A stretch of DNA of 37,228 nucleotides, taken from assembly GCF_004010195.1 (NCBI RefSeq), contig NC_057734.1, forward strand, positions 44,128,729-44,165,956, read 5' to 3'. The position numbers were made by a program, and so were the translations under genes. The notes under the pieces are model-generated. The model did not search any database, was not told the DNA's origin, and saw nothing but the letters and a program-made list of their open reading frames with translations. Position 1 is the first letter of the stretch. Every line of letters begins with the position of its first letter. Positions 10,001 to 19,095 of this stretch are shown piece after piece. The stretch comes from Chiloscyllium plagiosum (taxonomy: Eukaryota).

Positions 10001-13000
10001 TTTCCTTCCGGGATTCATCTGGAGGCTTCTAGTCACTCCAATTCTACCTGCCATGAATTCTCATGTTACAATTTACACCGGTGGTATGCAAAACGAAACA
10101 CTGTTTAGCCCATTTCTACATGGTTTCCCTTCATATTCCAGAAGTTTTGAGGGGAGGTCGGCCTAACTCTGGTATTTTACTAACCCTTGGATGTGGTTTT
10201 GGCAGGAGAGGGGAGTGACGCCGGGACATTCGGAATATAACGTATCGGATGGTCCCCTGACTGGTTCCCGTCAACATGGGCTTTTCCCAGACGGCTCACC
10301 AGCGTTAATGGCTGTCCGCTCAGGCAGTGCTAGGGAGCGGAGCGGAGAATTAGCTCTTAGTCGGCACTGTGGTGCTTTTCTACGCAGGAGGCGAGCAAAC
10401 CCCTCCGTCTGTGTGACCGAGGCAACTTTAGGCAGTCCATTTGAAGCTTTGTGGCGATCGCTTCATAATACAGCTCTCCACCCGCCTCACAGCTCTCACC
10501 TCCCCCCATGGAGGCTGCCCGCAAACCACTTTCCCCCCCCAACTCCAACTCCAATAACTTCAAATAGAAGGTAACTCCGGGAGCTGGAGAGAGGGGGTCA
10601 CTCAGCGGCCGCTTGGCGTAACGATACACTAGCGAGTGTGCGGCTCTAACAGGCGGGCTCGGGACCCGGCGCTGTTCCCGACCTTCGCCTGGAAAGTTAA
10701 AATAATCTGTGGTCTTTAGTTGAGTGACTGACTGTAGAGAATTATTGAGGATTGGAAGAGGCTTGGAACACGACTGAACGTTTAGTTTACACTTAATTGA
10801 GAGAAACTCCGAGTTCCAATGCGAAAATACGTTTCCATTTCCAACCTTCACCTCATTTCAAAATACTTGGATTGAAACCGGTCCATGTCATTGGTTATTG
10901 GAGAATACATGCTGGGACTTCGTTATAATATCATAATAGTATCTGACATATTAAATATTGCCACATACAATCGAGAGTCCATAAAGTGTGCGCTGGAAAA
11001 AGCACAGCAGGTCAGGAAACATCTGAGGAGCAGGGCAGTCAACTTTTCGGGCAGAAGTCCTTCATTAGGACTCCCCGTGTGAACATAGAACATAGAACAT
11101 AGAAGAATACAGCGCAGTACAGGCCCTTTGGCCCTCGATGTTGCGCCGATCCAAGCCCACCTAACCTATACTAACCCACTATCCTCCATATACCTATCCA
11201 ATGCCTGCTTAAATGCCCATAAAGAGGGAGAGTCCACCACTGCTACTGGCAGGGCATTCCATGAACTTACGACTCGCTGAGTGAAGAACCTACCCCTAAC
11301 TTCAGTCCTATATCTACCCCCCCTTAATTTAAAGCTATGCCCCCTCGTAATAGCTGACTCCATACGNNNNNNNNNNNNNNNNNNNNNNNNNNNNNNNNNN
11401 NNNNNNNNNNNNNNNNNNNNNNNNNNNNNNNNNNNNNNNNNNNNNNNNNNNNNNNNNNNNNNNNNNNNNNNNNNNNNNNNNNNNNNNNNNAACTTTCAGA
11501 TATCTGTGTACATGGACACCAAGATCCCTCTGCTCATCCACACTACCAAGTATCCGATCATTAGCCCAGTACCCCATCTTTTTGTTATTCTTCCCAAAGT
11601 GAATCACCTCGCACTTAGGTACATTGAATTCCATCTGCCACCTTTCTGCCCAGCTCTGCAGCTTCTCTATATCCTGCTGTAACCTGCCACATCCTTCCTC
11701 ACTGTCAACAACTCCTCCGACTTTTGTGTCATCCGCAAACTTGCTCACCCAACCTTCTAACCCCTCTTCCAGGTCATTTATAAAAATGACAAACAGCAAT
11801 GGTCCCAAAACAGATCCTTGCGGAACACCGCTAGTGACGGCACTCCATGAAGAAACTTTGCCATCAACTACTACCCTCTGTCTTCTTCCATCCAGCCAAT
11901 TCCTAATCCAAACCTCCAACTCACCCTCAATGCCATATCTCCGTATTTTCTGCAGTAGCCTACCAGTGTGCTGCCTGACCTGCTGTGCTTTTCGCAGCGC
12001 CACATTTTATGGAGTCTGACTCTTCAGCATCTGCAGTCCTCACTATCTCCTAATTGCTGCTCACATACAATTCAACCTGGTATTGCAATTTTAGCTACAA
12101 ATCGTCTTTTCCTCCTGGACTACCAGTAGCTCTTAAAATAGCAGTTTTAACCTGAGCAACAGGATGGGACTGTTTACCTAAAGTGACGATTTGAATGTAG
12201 TTTAGGCTTACCTCATCCAGTACAAACAATATGTTTGGCTCGTAACAGTGCAGGTCAACCCATAATCACCGAATATGGAGAAGGAGCTGTAATGGAAAGA
12301 GGGCAACTTCGAAGAACAAATGCTTATCATTGTGTCCTCCAGTTACAAGCAGCTATAAGCTTCCTCGTTGCTTGCGTGATAGGCTAGAGCTACCAAAGGG
12401 AACCAGGTATACAGAGAATGCATTCAACAAAGAGTTACTTCTATATAGGGTATCAGTTAGTTCAGTTGCCTGGATGGCTGTTAAGGGGGGGGGGTTCAAT
12501 TTTTGGACCAGTTGTGGTTACCATGAAAGGTCCAGCTTTTCAACCTCTCCCCTCACCGGATGCCTCTCAGGTTAAACCAGCTCCACTTCTCTCTCTCTCG
12601 CTAATGTGTGAACCGTCCTCTGGGAACATTACTCTTTTGACATCGCATTGTAATTTTAAATTAAAAAAAACTGATTCTATAGTTTGCTTGTTGTTACAGC
12701 GGGCCAAACAGATTCAGTCTCCGAGGAACGCTTCTGTCGGAAATTGACAAAACAAACTTTGCGTTTATGTGCTCAAAAGCAAGTTGATTTAGAGGCGTAA
12801 AGAATAAGTCACTTACTCGGAATATTTAGCCTGGTTCCGCTCCCGAAGTACCACAAGTTGCTTGTGTCTTGTGATAAACAGTAATAATCGCCAGCGTCCT
12901 CCGACTGCACGTTAGTGATGGTCAAATATCCCACGTTGGTTGATTCATCTTCTAAGCCGGTAAATCTGTCCGAGATACCCTCACCTCTTTTATCAGTCCC

Positions 13001-13372
13001 TTTCAGAATAAACCTTGGGGCGCTGTCCCGTTTCTGGTGATACCAAAAAACATACTTCTTTGAAAGGCTGATTCCGTGGACTGTACAGGTCAGGCGAACA
13101 GTTTCTCCAGGTGTTGTGGACTCGGAAGCTGGTTGGACCAAGCGGACCTCCGCGCTCGTGTCTGTAAAACAGATAAACCATTTCATGGTTAAAATTGCCC
13201 CGGTAAAAATGAACATTCAACGACGACGTTACATTCAGATCATATCAGACTGTGGATTAAGCCTAGGTTTTACTTAAATAAAAATCCTAATGCTAAAGAA
13301 ATTACAAATATTTCGATGACACTTACAGGTCAGACCAATTGTGAGCAAAAGCAGAACAAGAGTAGCAGCCAT
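6763..13372 (-). CDS. IGL: Immunoglobulin light chain gene, lambda family, pre-joined L-VJ-C; join(13372..13327,13161..12817,7091..6763), 239 aa
   Basis: Three exons of 46+345+329 = 720 nt, both introns phase 1 with GTAAGT donors (13326-13321, 12816-12811) and pyrimidine-rich AG acceptors. Open frame MAATLVLLLLTIGLTYTSA-EVRLVQP...YYCLSQDTSNLWYFGSGTRLNIP-SRQPKKPTV...KSSCM*. Confidence 0.95.
7560..7625 (+). mobile_element. Short tRNA-headed SINE remnant (related copies near 8255, 23556, 28281)
   Basis: TGTGG(C/T)GCAGTGG A-box-like and TTCAAGTCC B-box-like motifs recurring at several positions. Confidence 0.45.
7703..7795. mobile_element. Decayed Penelope-type terminal repeat remnant
   Basis: AAAACGGAAATTGCTGGGAAAACTCAGCAGGTCTGGCAG resembles copies at 15085, 18722 and 21790. 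Confidence 0.5.
8920..9830 (-). mobile_element. Highly decayed CR1 LINE ORF2 fragment in the J-C intron
   Basis: Minus strand resembles the CR1 ORF2 3' end (AAGAACCA..GGTGACGCGAGGAGGAACATTTT..CTGCCTGAGGCAGTAGTGGAGGCA); FADD-like region near 9630-9645. Confidence 0.55.
10190..10720. promoter_or_regulatory. GC/CpG-rich segment in the J-C intron, candidate intronic enhancer
   Basis: Dense CpG (NotI site 10605-10612), three TGTGGT RUNX cores (10192, 10368, 10708), kB-like GGGCTTTTCC (10278); not recognisable as a repeat. Confidence 0.35.
11082..11965 (-). mobile_element. Young 5'-truncated CR1 LINE in the J-C intron
   Basis: Undisrupted RT motifs GVPQGSVLGPLLF, FINDL, KFADDTK, WQMEFN; C-terminus FFTQRVV..WNALP; (TTCTATG)n tail at about 11082-11103. 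Confidence 0.93.
11367..11490. other. Assembly gap (124 N) inside the young CR1
   Basis: Run of N. Confidence 1.
12817..13161 (-). CDS. IGL: IgL V-J exon (V-set domain fused in frame to J)
   Basis: Acceptor GTTTTACAG|AC; Cys (RLTC), Trp (VFWYHQK), RFTG, LTITNVQSEDAGDYYC, 10-aa CDR3 LSQDTSNLWY, J motif FGSGTRL, donor CCGA|GTAAGT. Confidence 0.96.
13327..13372 (-). CDS. IGL: IgL leader (signal peptide) exon, MAATLVLLLLTIGLT + 1 nt
   Basis: ATG at 13372, hydrophobic 15-mer, then ACCT|GTAAGT donor; 165-nt intron to the V exon; lies just downstream of TATA and octamer. Missed by the ORF track. Confidence 0.92.
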
Positions 13373-13427
13373 TGTGACGGTGCTGTTGAAGTATGAATAT
13401 CCAATGCTTCTGATCAGTGAATGTAAA

Positions 13428-13435
13428 CTTTTATA
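13428..13435 (-). promoter_or_regulatory. TATA box TATAAAAG
   Basis: Consensus TATAWAWR between the octamer and the leader ATG (56 nt upstream). Confidence 0.75.
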
Positions 13436-13476
13436 TCAAAGGTTGGACCAACTTAAATATCACCGTCTTATTAAAT

Positions 13477-13484
13477 ATGCAAAT
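13477..13484 (-). promoter_or_regulatory. Ig octamer ATTTGCAT of the V promoter
   Basis: Exact octamer in light-chain orientation, 105 nt upstream of the ATG and about 40 nt upstream of the TATA box. Confidence 0.85.
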
Positions 13485-13954
13485 ATATTGTCCTCCCGAA
13501 AGGGTCGATTGGCCACCCGAGCAGCATCCGGGTTCTTGTAACCAATTGCATCAGTCACAATGATTCCAAACAGCAAAGTCACACGATAGAATTCAGCTTG
13601 TCCACTCTCCCTCCTCCTCACTGAGACGTTCCCCTTTACATTATCGCTGTGACTTTAACAAAAGTCCAAAGGCTGAAATAGTTCCAAGCTCATATTTTGT
13701 AAAACCTAAAATTTGATCATATTTTATACTTTGAATCGATTGTCCCTTATCAACATTAGTACCGTTTATTTTGCACTTAAAAAATGTAGTGAAGCACCGA
13801 GGTGTTTTAATCGTGTGGAAAAAGTACCGCAATTGTCATTTACTGATAAATTTATAAAATTCTAACCTTCCATTTTTTAAAAAACAGTTAGTGCATAATG
13901 GTAGATGAATTGAATTCACTCATCTGAAATATACAAGATTAAAAATAATTAACC

Positions 13955-14128
13955 ACAGTCCAAAAATGTGCAGATTAGGTGAATTGGCCATGCTAAATTG
14001 TCCGTAGTGTTAGGTGAAGCGGTAAATGTAGGGGAATGGGTCTGGGTGGGTTGCTCTTCGGAGGGTCGGTGTGGACTTGTTGGGCCGAAGGGCCTGTTTC
14101 CACACTGTAAGTAATCTAATCTAATCTA
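13955..14128 (+). mobile_element. 5'-truncated HE1-like (V-SINE) shark SINE
   Basis: GTGCAGATTAGGTGAATTGGCCATGCTAAATTG core, CR1-like tail GGGCCGAAGGGCCTGTTTCCACACTGTA and (AATCT)n end. Confidence 0.75.
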
Positions 14129-14690
14129 ATTTGTTAACTCTATTTTTACCCTTGCTGTCACATTGCTGGAATGCTCCTTTAATTCACACATTTCCAGCAA
14201 AAATTAATTGTAAAATTTCTGGGCTTTCAGGCATTGATATTAATACAAAGGGTAGTTCTTTCACGAACTGACCTCCCTTATATGTGTCATGGGGTAACAT
14301 TCATGAGGTATTGCTAAACAATACAGATGTTTCGCGAAGGAATGAAAGGGGAATAGGTTTGATGCTGCCTGTAGGACGCCATCGCGGAAATAGGGCCACA
14401 ACAAATCCCGTTTATGGCGAATTTCCAAATGTTGTAAATCGAATAGTTGCAAAAGATCGGTCTTTTGAACTGAACAAATTGTTGTTCGAGTGACGTAACG
14501 TCTTTAAGTCGTAGTTCTCGGGGCTTCAGACTTTTCCTGTGTATTTACATTAGCATTGAATAAAGTTGACAATTTGGAATTTAAAGGGTGTAAGTGTAAT
14601 ATTATTATAAATCACTGAGAGTTGTGAGGGGTTCATGTTTTGCTTGCAGTCCTCTGACTTAGATGCTGTCTTTGTCACCATTTTTAGAAC

Positions 14691-14701
14691 GGGAAATCCC
14701 C
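14691..14701. promoter_or_regulatory. Candidate NF-kB site GGGAAATCCC
   Basis: Matches GGGRNWYYCC on + and reads GGGGATTTCC on -; 1.3 kb upstream of the IgL ATG in non-repetitive DNA. Motif match only. Confidence 0.35.
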
Positions 14702-15084
14702 GGACAGGAGCTGCTCAGAGATAAGCAATGCAGTCAGCCTTTGGTAAAGCACAAAATAAGCAAATGTCAACGATATATTTAGTGTTTCTATATGTATACG
14801 TTGTTACACTGAAGTCGGATATTCCACGTGTATAATGCACGATAACCTACTCATCTAACAGTACCTTCTTGCAACTTTTATCGTGTAATAAAATTACCCT
14901 CAATCGTGAGATTTTTGTGCTATTTATTGTTGAAGTCAAAATTGCCCTCCTTTACACGTGTGTTCCATTATAGTGTACTAACCTACAAAATAACAGGCTA
15001 CATTTCAGTGGGATGTATCACTGTTTTGGCTTCATTCCTTCCCCTCCCAGCCACCCAGCCCAATCTTGTTGTGTTGGAGATTCG

Positions 15085-15285
15085 AAATCTGCTGGAGAAA
15101 CTGAGCAGCTCTGGCGGCATCTATAGAGGAAACGACCGGTAACGCTTCGATTTCAACATGTCTCTCCTTCAAAAGATTATATTTCTGAGTTCTGAAGAAT
15201 CCAATTGGACTGGGAACATTATCCTTGTTTCACTATATGGTGCTCCCTGAGCTGCGGAGCTTCTCCAGCATTTTCTGTTTTTCTT
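15085..15285. mobile_element. Decayed inverted pair of Penelope-type terminal repeats
   Basis: TGCTGGAGAAACTGAGCAGCTCTGG ... CTGAGCTGCGGAGCTTCTCCAGCA inverted arms, with a CTGAAGA core near 15192. Confidence 0.55.
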
Positions 15286-15639
15286 TCTGCCAGATGAGCT
15301 GTTTACAATGCAGACACTTCAACATCGCACATGAGCAACTGGCTAATTCTCAACTTAAGCTGCACCTTGCAATAGGCAACACTGCTTTAACAATATGACA
15401 AAATGCGGTAATTCACGAACGCAGCAATCACATTATCTTGATGCCGATGTACTAGATTGTCCTGTTAGGATTTTGTAGGACAAAACGGTTGAAAAGGGAC
15501 TCTTGTAGAACTGCTTATTCATTGCCAAAGGAATCCGAATCGGAACGCTAAATTGTCAATGTCAAATCCAGGAGCAGCGGCGCCTCTGGACAAACTCCTT
15601 CAGCAAATGCGCTCTTGGTCTTCCCCTCTCTGAGGTGAA

Positions 15640-15950
15640 CAAACCCGGTTTGTCAAATCTATCCAGAAGTTGAAGTCTCTAATCACTAGACCATTTCTCA
15701 AAACTCTTTTCTGAATCAGGTTGAGTAGTTCCACAACCGCCCGGCAATGTGTGGCTCAGAATTGAACACGATACGGCAGCTGAGTCCAGGCAACCCTTTA
15801 TGAAGTTACACCATAAACTCTTTGGTTTTATACTTTGAGATTCTTTATAAAGCGTAGGATCTGTGTCAATTTTTAACTGGTTTCTCAGTCTGCCCTACCA
15901 CCTACAATGATTTGCGCACATCTGCTCCAGGGCCCCTGATCCTATAGACA
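15640..15950 (-). mobile_element. Decayed CR1 ORF2 fragment
   Basis: Resembles 4560-4870 (CAGAATTGAACAC, TCTGCCCTACCACCTACAATGATTTGCGCACAT). Confidence 0.5.
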
Positions 15951-16229
15951 TATATATTTTTATACGCTTTTTCATTACTTTCCCGCCTCACTTTCCTATC
16001 AAAATCTTCATCGCTCCACCAATGCTGCCAGACCTTCTGAGTTTCTCCAGCACTTTTTATTTCTACCCCACAGCATTATTCTGAACCTCAGAATTATTCA
16101 GCAAGTGATGTTACCTTTAGTCACCGTCTCCACCAAACAAAAATAAGTATATTGCCATTATACTAACCTCTATTCCTATTTTATTCTGACGCACTTGTAT
16201 TTTCTTTCATTTTCTAATTTCTTCATCTG

Positions 16230-16400
16230 GATTCATTTAAGAAAGAGTTGGATAGAGCTCTCAAAGATAGTGGAATCAAGGGTTATGGAGATAAGGCAGG
16301 AAGAGGATACTGATTAGGAATGATCAGCTATAATCATATTGAATGGCGGTGCAGGCTCGAGGGGCAGAATGGCCTACTCCTGCACCTATTGTCTATTATC
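16230..16400 (+). mobile_element. CR1 3' end fragment
   Basis: CATTTAAGAAAGAGTTGGATAGAG..GGAATCAAGGGTTATGG..GGCTCGAGGGGCAGAATGGCCTACTCCTGCACCTA. Confidence 0.7.
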
Positions 16401-16667
16401 TTTCCTTTCACTGCTTTCATCTGTCTTCGATTTCCTGCAAAGGTATGCACGCAGTCTCAATATTTTCTACGTCTACTCATTCCTCCAAGTTAACCATAAT
16501 TAGTTTCTCTTCGATCTCAAATCCATCTTCATGTTTTATTTCCAAACTTTTCCTCCATAAGATTTCAGGGTTTTCAAACTAAGATAAGTAAAGCCGAAAC
16601 AGGCCAAGTAATCAGTTAAGTTTATTCCTGATTTGGAGATGCTGGTTTTGGGCTGAGATGTACAAAG

Positions 16668-16829
16668 TTAAAAATCACACAACACCAGGTTATAGTCCAA
16701 CAGGTTTAATTGGATGCACTAGCTTTCGGAGCGCCGTTCCGGAACGACCTGATAAAGTAGCGGCACTCCGAAAGCTATTGCTTCCAATTAAACCTGTTGG
16801 ACTATAATCTGGTGTTGTGTGATTTTTAA
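16668..16829. repeat. Long palindrome (69-bp arms, 4 mismatches) from a Penelope-type terminal repeat with a mutated hammerhead core
   Basis: 16668-16736 is the reverse complement of 16761-16829; the right side reads CTGATAA-AGTAGCGGCACTCC-GAAA-GCTA. Confidence 0.85.
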
Positions 16830-17279
16830 GTTAATTCCAATAAACAAAGCAACTGCCCCAAAATGGGTTGCTCTGCAATTCTTCACACACTATGGAATAT
16901 CCAGCAAATGTTGTCCACTTGCAACTTTACATCCAATGTTAGACGCGTGATTTGGGATTTGGAAGCATGGGCTGATTGGGTATAATCTGTACCTTACTTG
17001 TTGCAAACAGCCGAGAGGATCTGTTGTTTAATACCACCCACCATTCGTCGAGATGTTTGAGCAATATACTTGAAATCTGGTGAAATATTTCGACAAATTT
17101 TTTTCCAGAAATACTCAAGTTCTGTGTTACTACATGATTTACAATTTTGTCATCATTTTAACAGCAAAGAGAATGAGTTTTCAAATGTAGGTTTAGGGGC
17201 AGTTTAGTTTCAAAAAGAAAATGGGGGATTTAACCTTCTCTATACACTGAGCTTCCTTCACTAGATACTTGCTGTTGTA

Positions 17280-17640
17280 GATTCTTAAGGGGGTTGACAG
17301 GGTGAATTTTAGAGGACATTTCCTCTCTTACGACAGTTTTGAATTGGCGATATTGTTTCAGAAGAAAGAGATGTTATTTTAAGACAGATGAGAAGAGAAA
17401 TTTAATTCCTCGGAAGAGGAATTGGAACTCATTGCTACAGAGAACTGGGGTGGGGGGCAGAGCCCTTATGTCTGTATAAGGCTGAGATAGATAAATTCTT
17501 GATCATTGAGGGAATCAATTGTAGTGGAGAAAATGTAGGAAAGTGGATGTGAAATATTTTGGATCAGCCATAATCCTATTGAATGGTGGAACAGTGGCAA
17601 GGGGCTGAACGGCCTACACCTATTTCTGTTTCTTCTGGGC
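17280..17640 (+). mobile_element. Decayed CR1 3' fragment
   Basis: GGCTGAGATAGATAAATTCTTGATC..GATCAGCCATAATCCTATTGAATGGTGG..GGGCTGAACGGCCTAC. Confidence 0.6.
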
Positions 17641-18319
17641 TCATCTTTTTGAGCAGTTTCAATTGTTTCATCGATCAATATTCCAGAATTACTTTCTTGT
17701 TCTGATTCAACTGGCTTTGAATGATTCCAGAATTATCATCACTGTGTCTTAATCTCACTTTGGCATACTGAGCACTTTATTTTTTCAGAAGGATATCGCC
17801 TTCGTTTTATTCCTGGATTTCCCATGTATAATTTTCCGTTTGCATCCTCATTTCTTATTCGCGTTTTAAGTGAAGGTATTTTGTTTTTGCCTTCTTGTAG
17901 AAGTTGGCAGCACTATTGTCTCTTTGCTGGAAAGTTTGCTGAGCTGATCCTATGACAATTTCTTCCACATTCATGATATCTCTTTTTAATCCAATATTTA
18001 TTTAATTTTCATCTTGTAGTGCCATAATCTCTCCTTCAAATATGATGCAATGAAGCAATCCATACTCCATTAATTATCTGAGCAAATAATTTCATACTAG
18101 CTTCTGACTTTTTTATTTCCTTCACGACCAGTTTAAATGGAAGTCTCTTGACACTGAGACCTGAATGATAGAAAGTGTTTCTCAATTTATAATGTCAAAA
18201 TATAAATCAAACTTTAATAAGGCTCTTTGTTGCTTTGGTGTTGCGGCTCCAAATGCATTATCAATGAACTGGCTTTAAAAAGAAAGTAAAACTATATTTA
18301 CAGTTGATTTCTATCAATT

Positions 18320-19095
18320 TCTATAATTAGAAATAGCACCAGGAGTAGGCCGTTCCACCCCTTGAGCCAGCTTTGCCATTCAGAAGGGTCACAGCTGATT
18401 TGACATTCAGCACATCCACTTTCCTGCATTCCCCCCAAACCCATGATTCCCCTGCTCATCAAGAATATATCTATCTCAGTCTTATATTAAAGGCTCCCCC
18501 ATCCCCCCACAGGACATTGTAGCAAGCAGTTCCAAAGTCTCACAATACTCATGTCATCTTAGGTTGTCTCCCTCGTATTCTGAGATTATGTCCTCTGGTC
18601 CGAGACTTCCCCATAACAGGAAGCATCTGCTCAGTATTTAATCCGTCAAAGCCCTTAAGAATCCAATTCGTGGTTTGCTCATAAGAAAATTGCCTCATAC
18701 TGAGAATCTTCCTAGTAAGATAAACAGAAATTGATGGAAAAATTCAGCAGGTGTGGCAGCATCTGTGGAGAGAAAATAGAGTTAATGTTTTTGGTCCAGT
18801 GACATTTCTTTGTCCCAGTGAACTTTATCTGAATTGATATATTTCCTTAATAAGGGGAACAAAACTGCTTATTGTACTCCAACTGTGCTCTCACAATCAT
18901 CTCGTAAAGTCTCAGTAAGATTCCCTGACACTTGTATTCCAACCGCTTTGAAATAAGGGACAGTAATCCATTAGCTTTTCTGATTACCTGCTGCACATGT
19001 GTACAAGTCTTCTGTGATATGTGTATGATTGCACCCAAGTCCCTTGTGTTGCAGCTTTCTGCAGTTGTCCATTTAAGTAACAAAGCAATATACAT
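18320..19095 (-). mobile_element. Decayed CR1 3' fragment interrupted by a Penelope-type repeat (about 18722-18810)
   Basis: ORF 18847-19095 RDLG..VQQVIRKANGLLSLISKRLEYK..LYEMIVRAQLEY..FCSPY; CR1 3'UTR at about 18330-18480. Confidence 0.65.

Larger units (their letters stand above)
10973..12052. mobile_element. Inverted pair of Penelope-type terminal repeats (10973-11070 minus, 11971-12052 plus) split by the CR1
   Basis: GCTGGAAAAAGCACAGCAGGTCAGG is the near reverse complement of CCTGACCTGCTGTGCTTTTCGCAGC; the left arm carries a decayed hammerhead core. Confidence 0.65.

Noticed and set aside
10191-10851. ORFs 10191-10574 (+) and 10357-10851 (-)
   Set aside because: No recognisable domain; long frames are expected by chance in GC-rich DNA.
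11966-12003. Apparent N-terminal extension MALRKAQQVRQH on the CR1 RT ORF
   Set aside because: Chance read-through from the flanking Penelope-type repeat.
13162-13216. ORF-track N-terminus MFIFTGAILTMKWFICFT of the V ORF
   Set aside because: It is intron sequence; the real leader is the exon at 13327-13372 with canonical splice sites.
16668-16829. Palindrome as a pre-miRNA, terminator or CRISPR repeat
   Set aside because: Eukaryotic context, no spacer array, and it matches the hammerhead-bearing repeat pattern seen elsewhere in the window.
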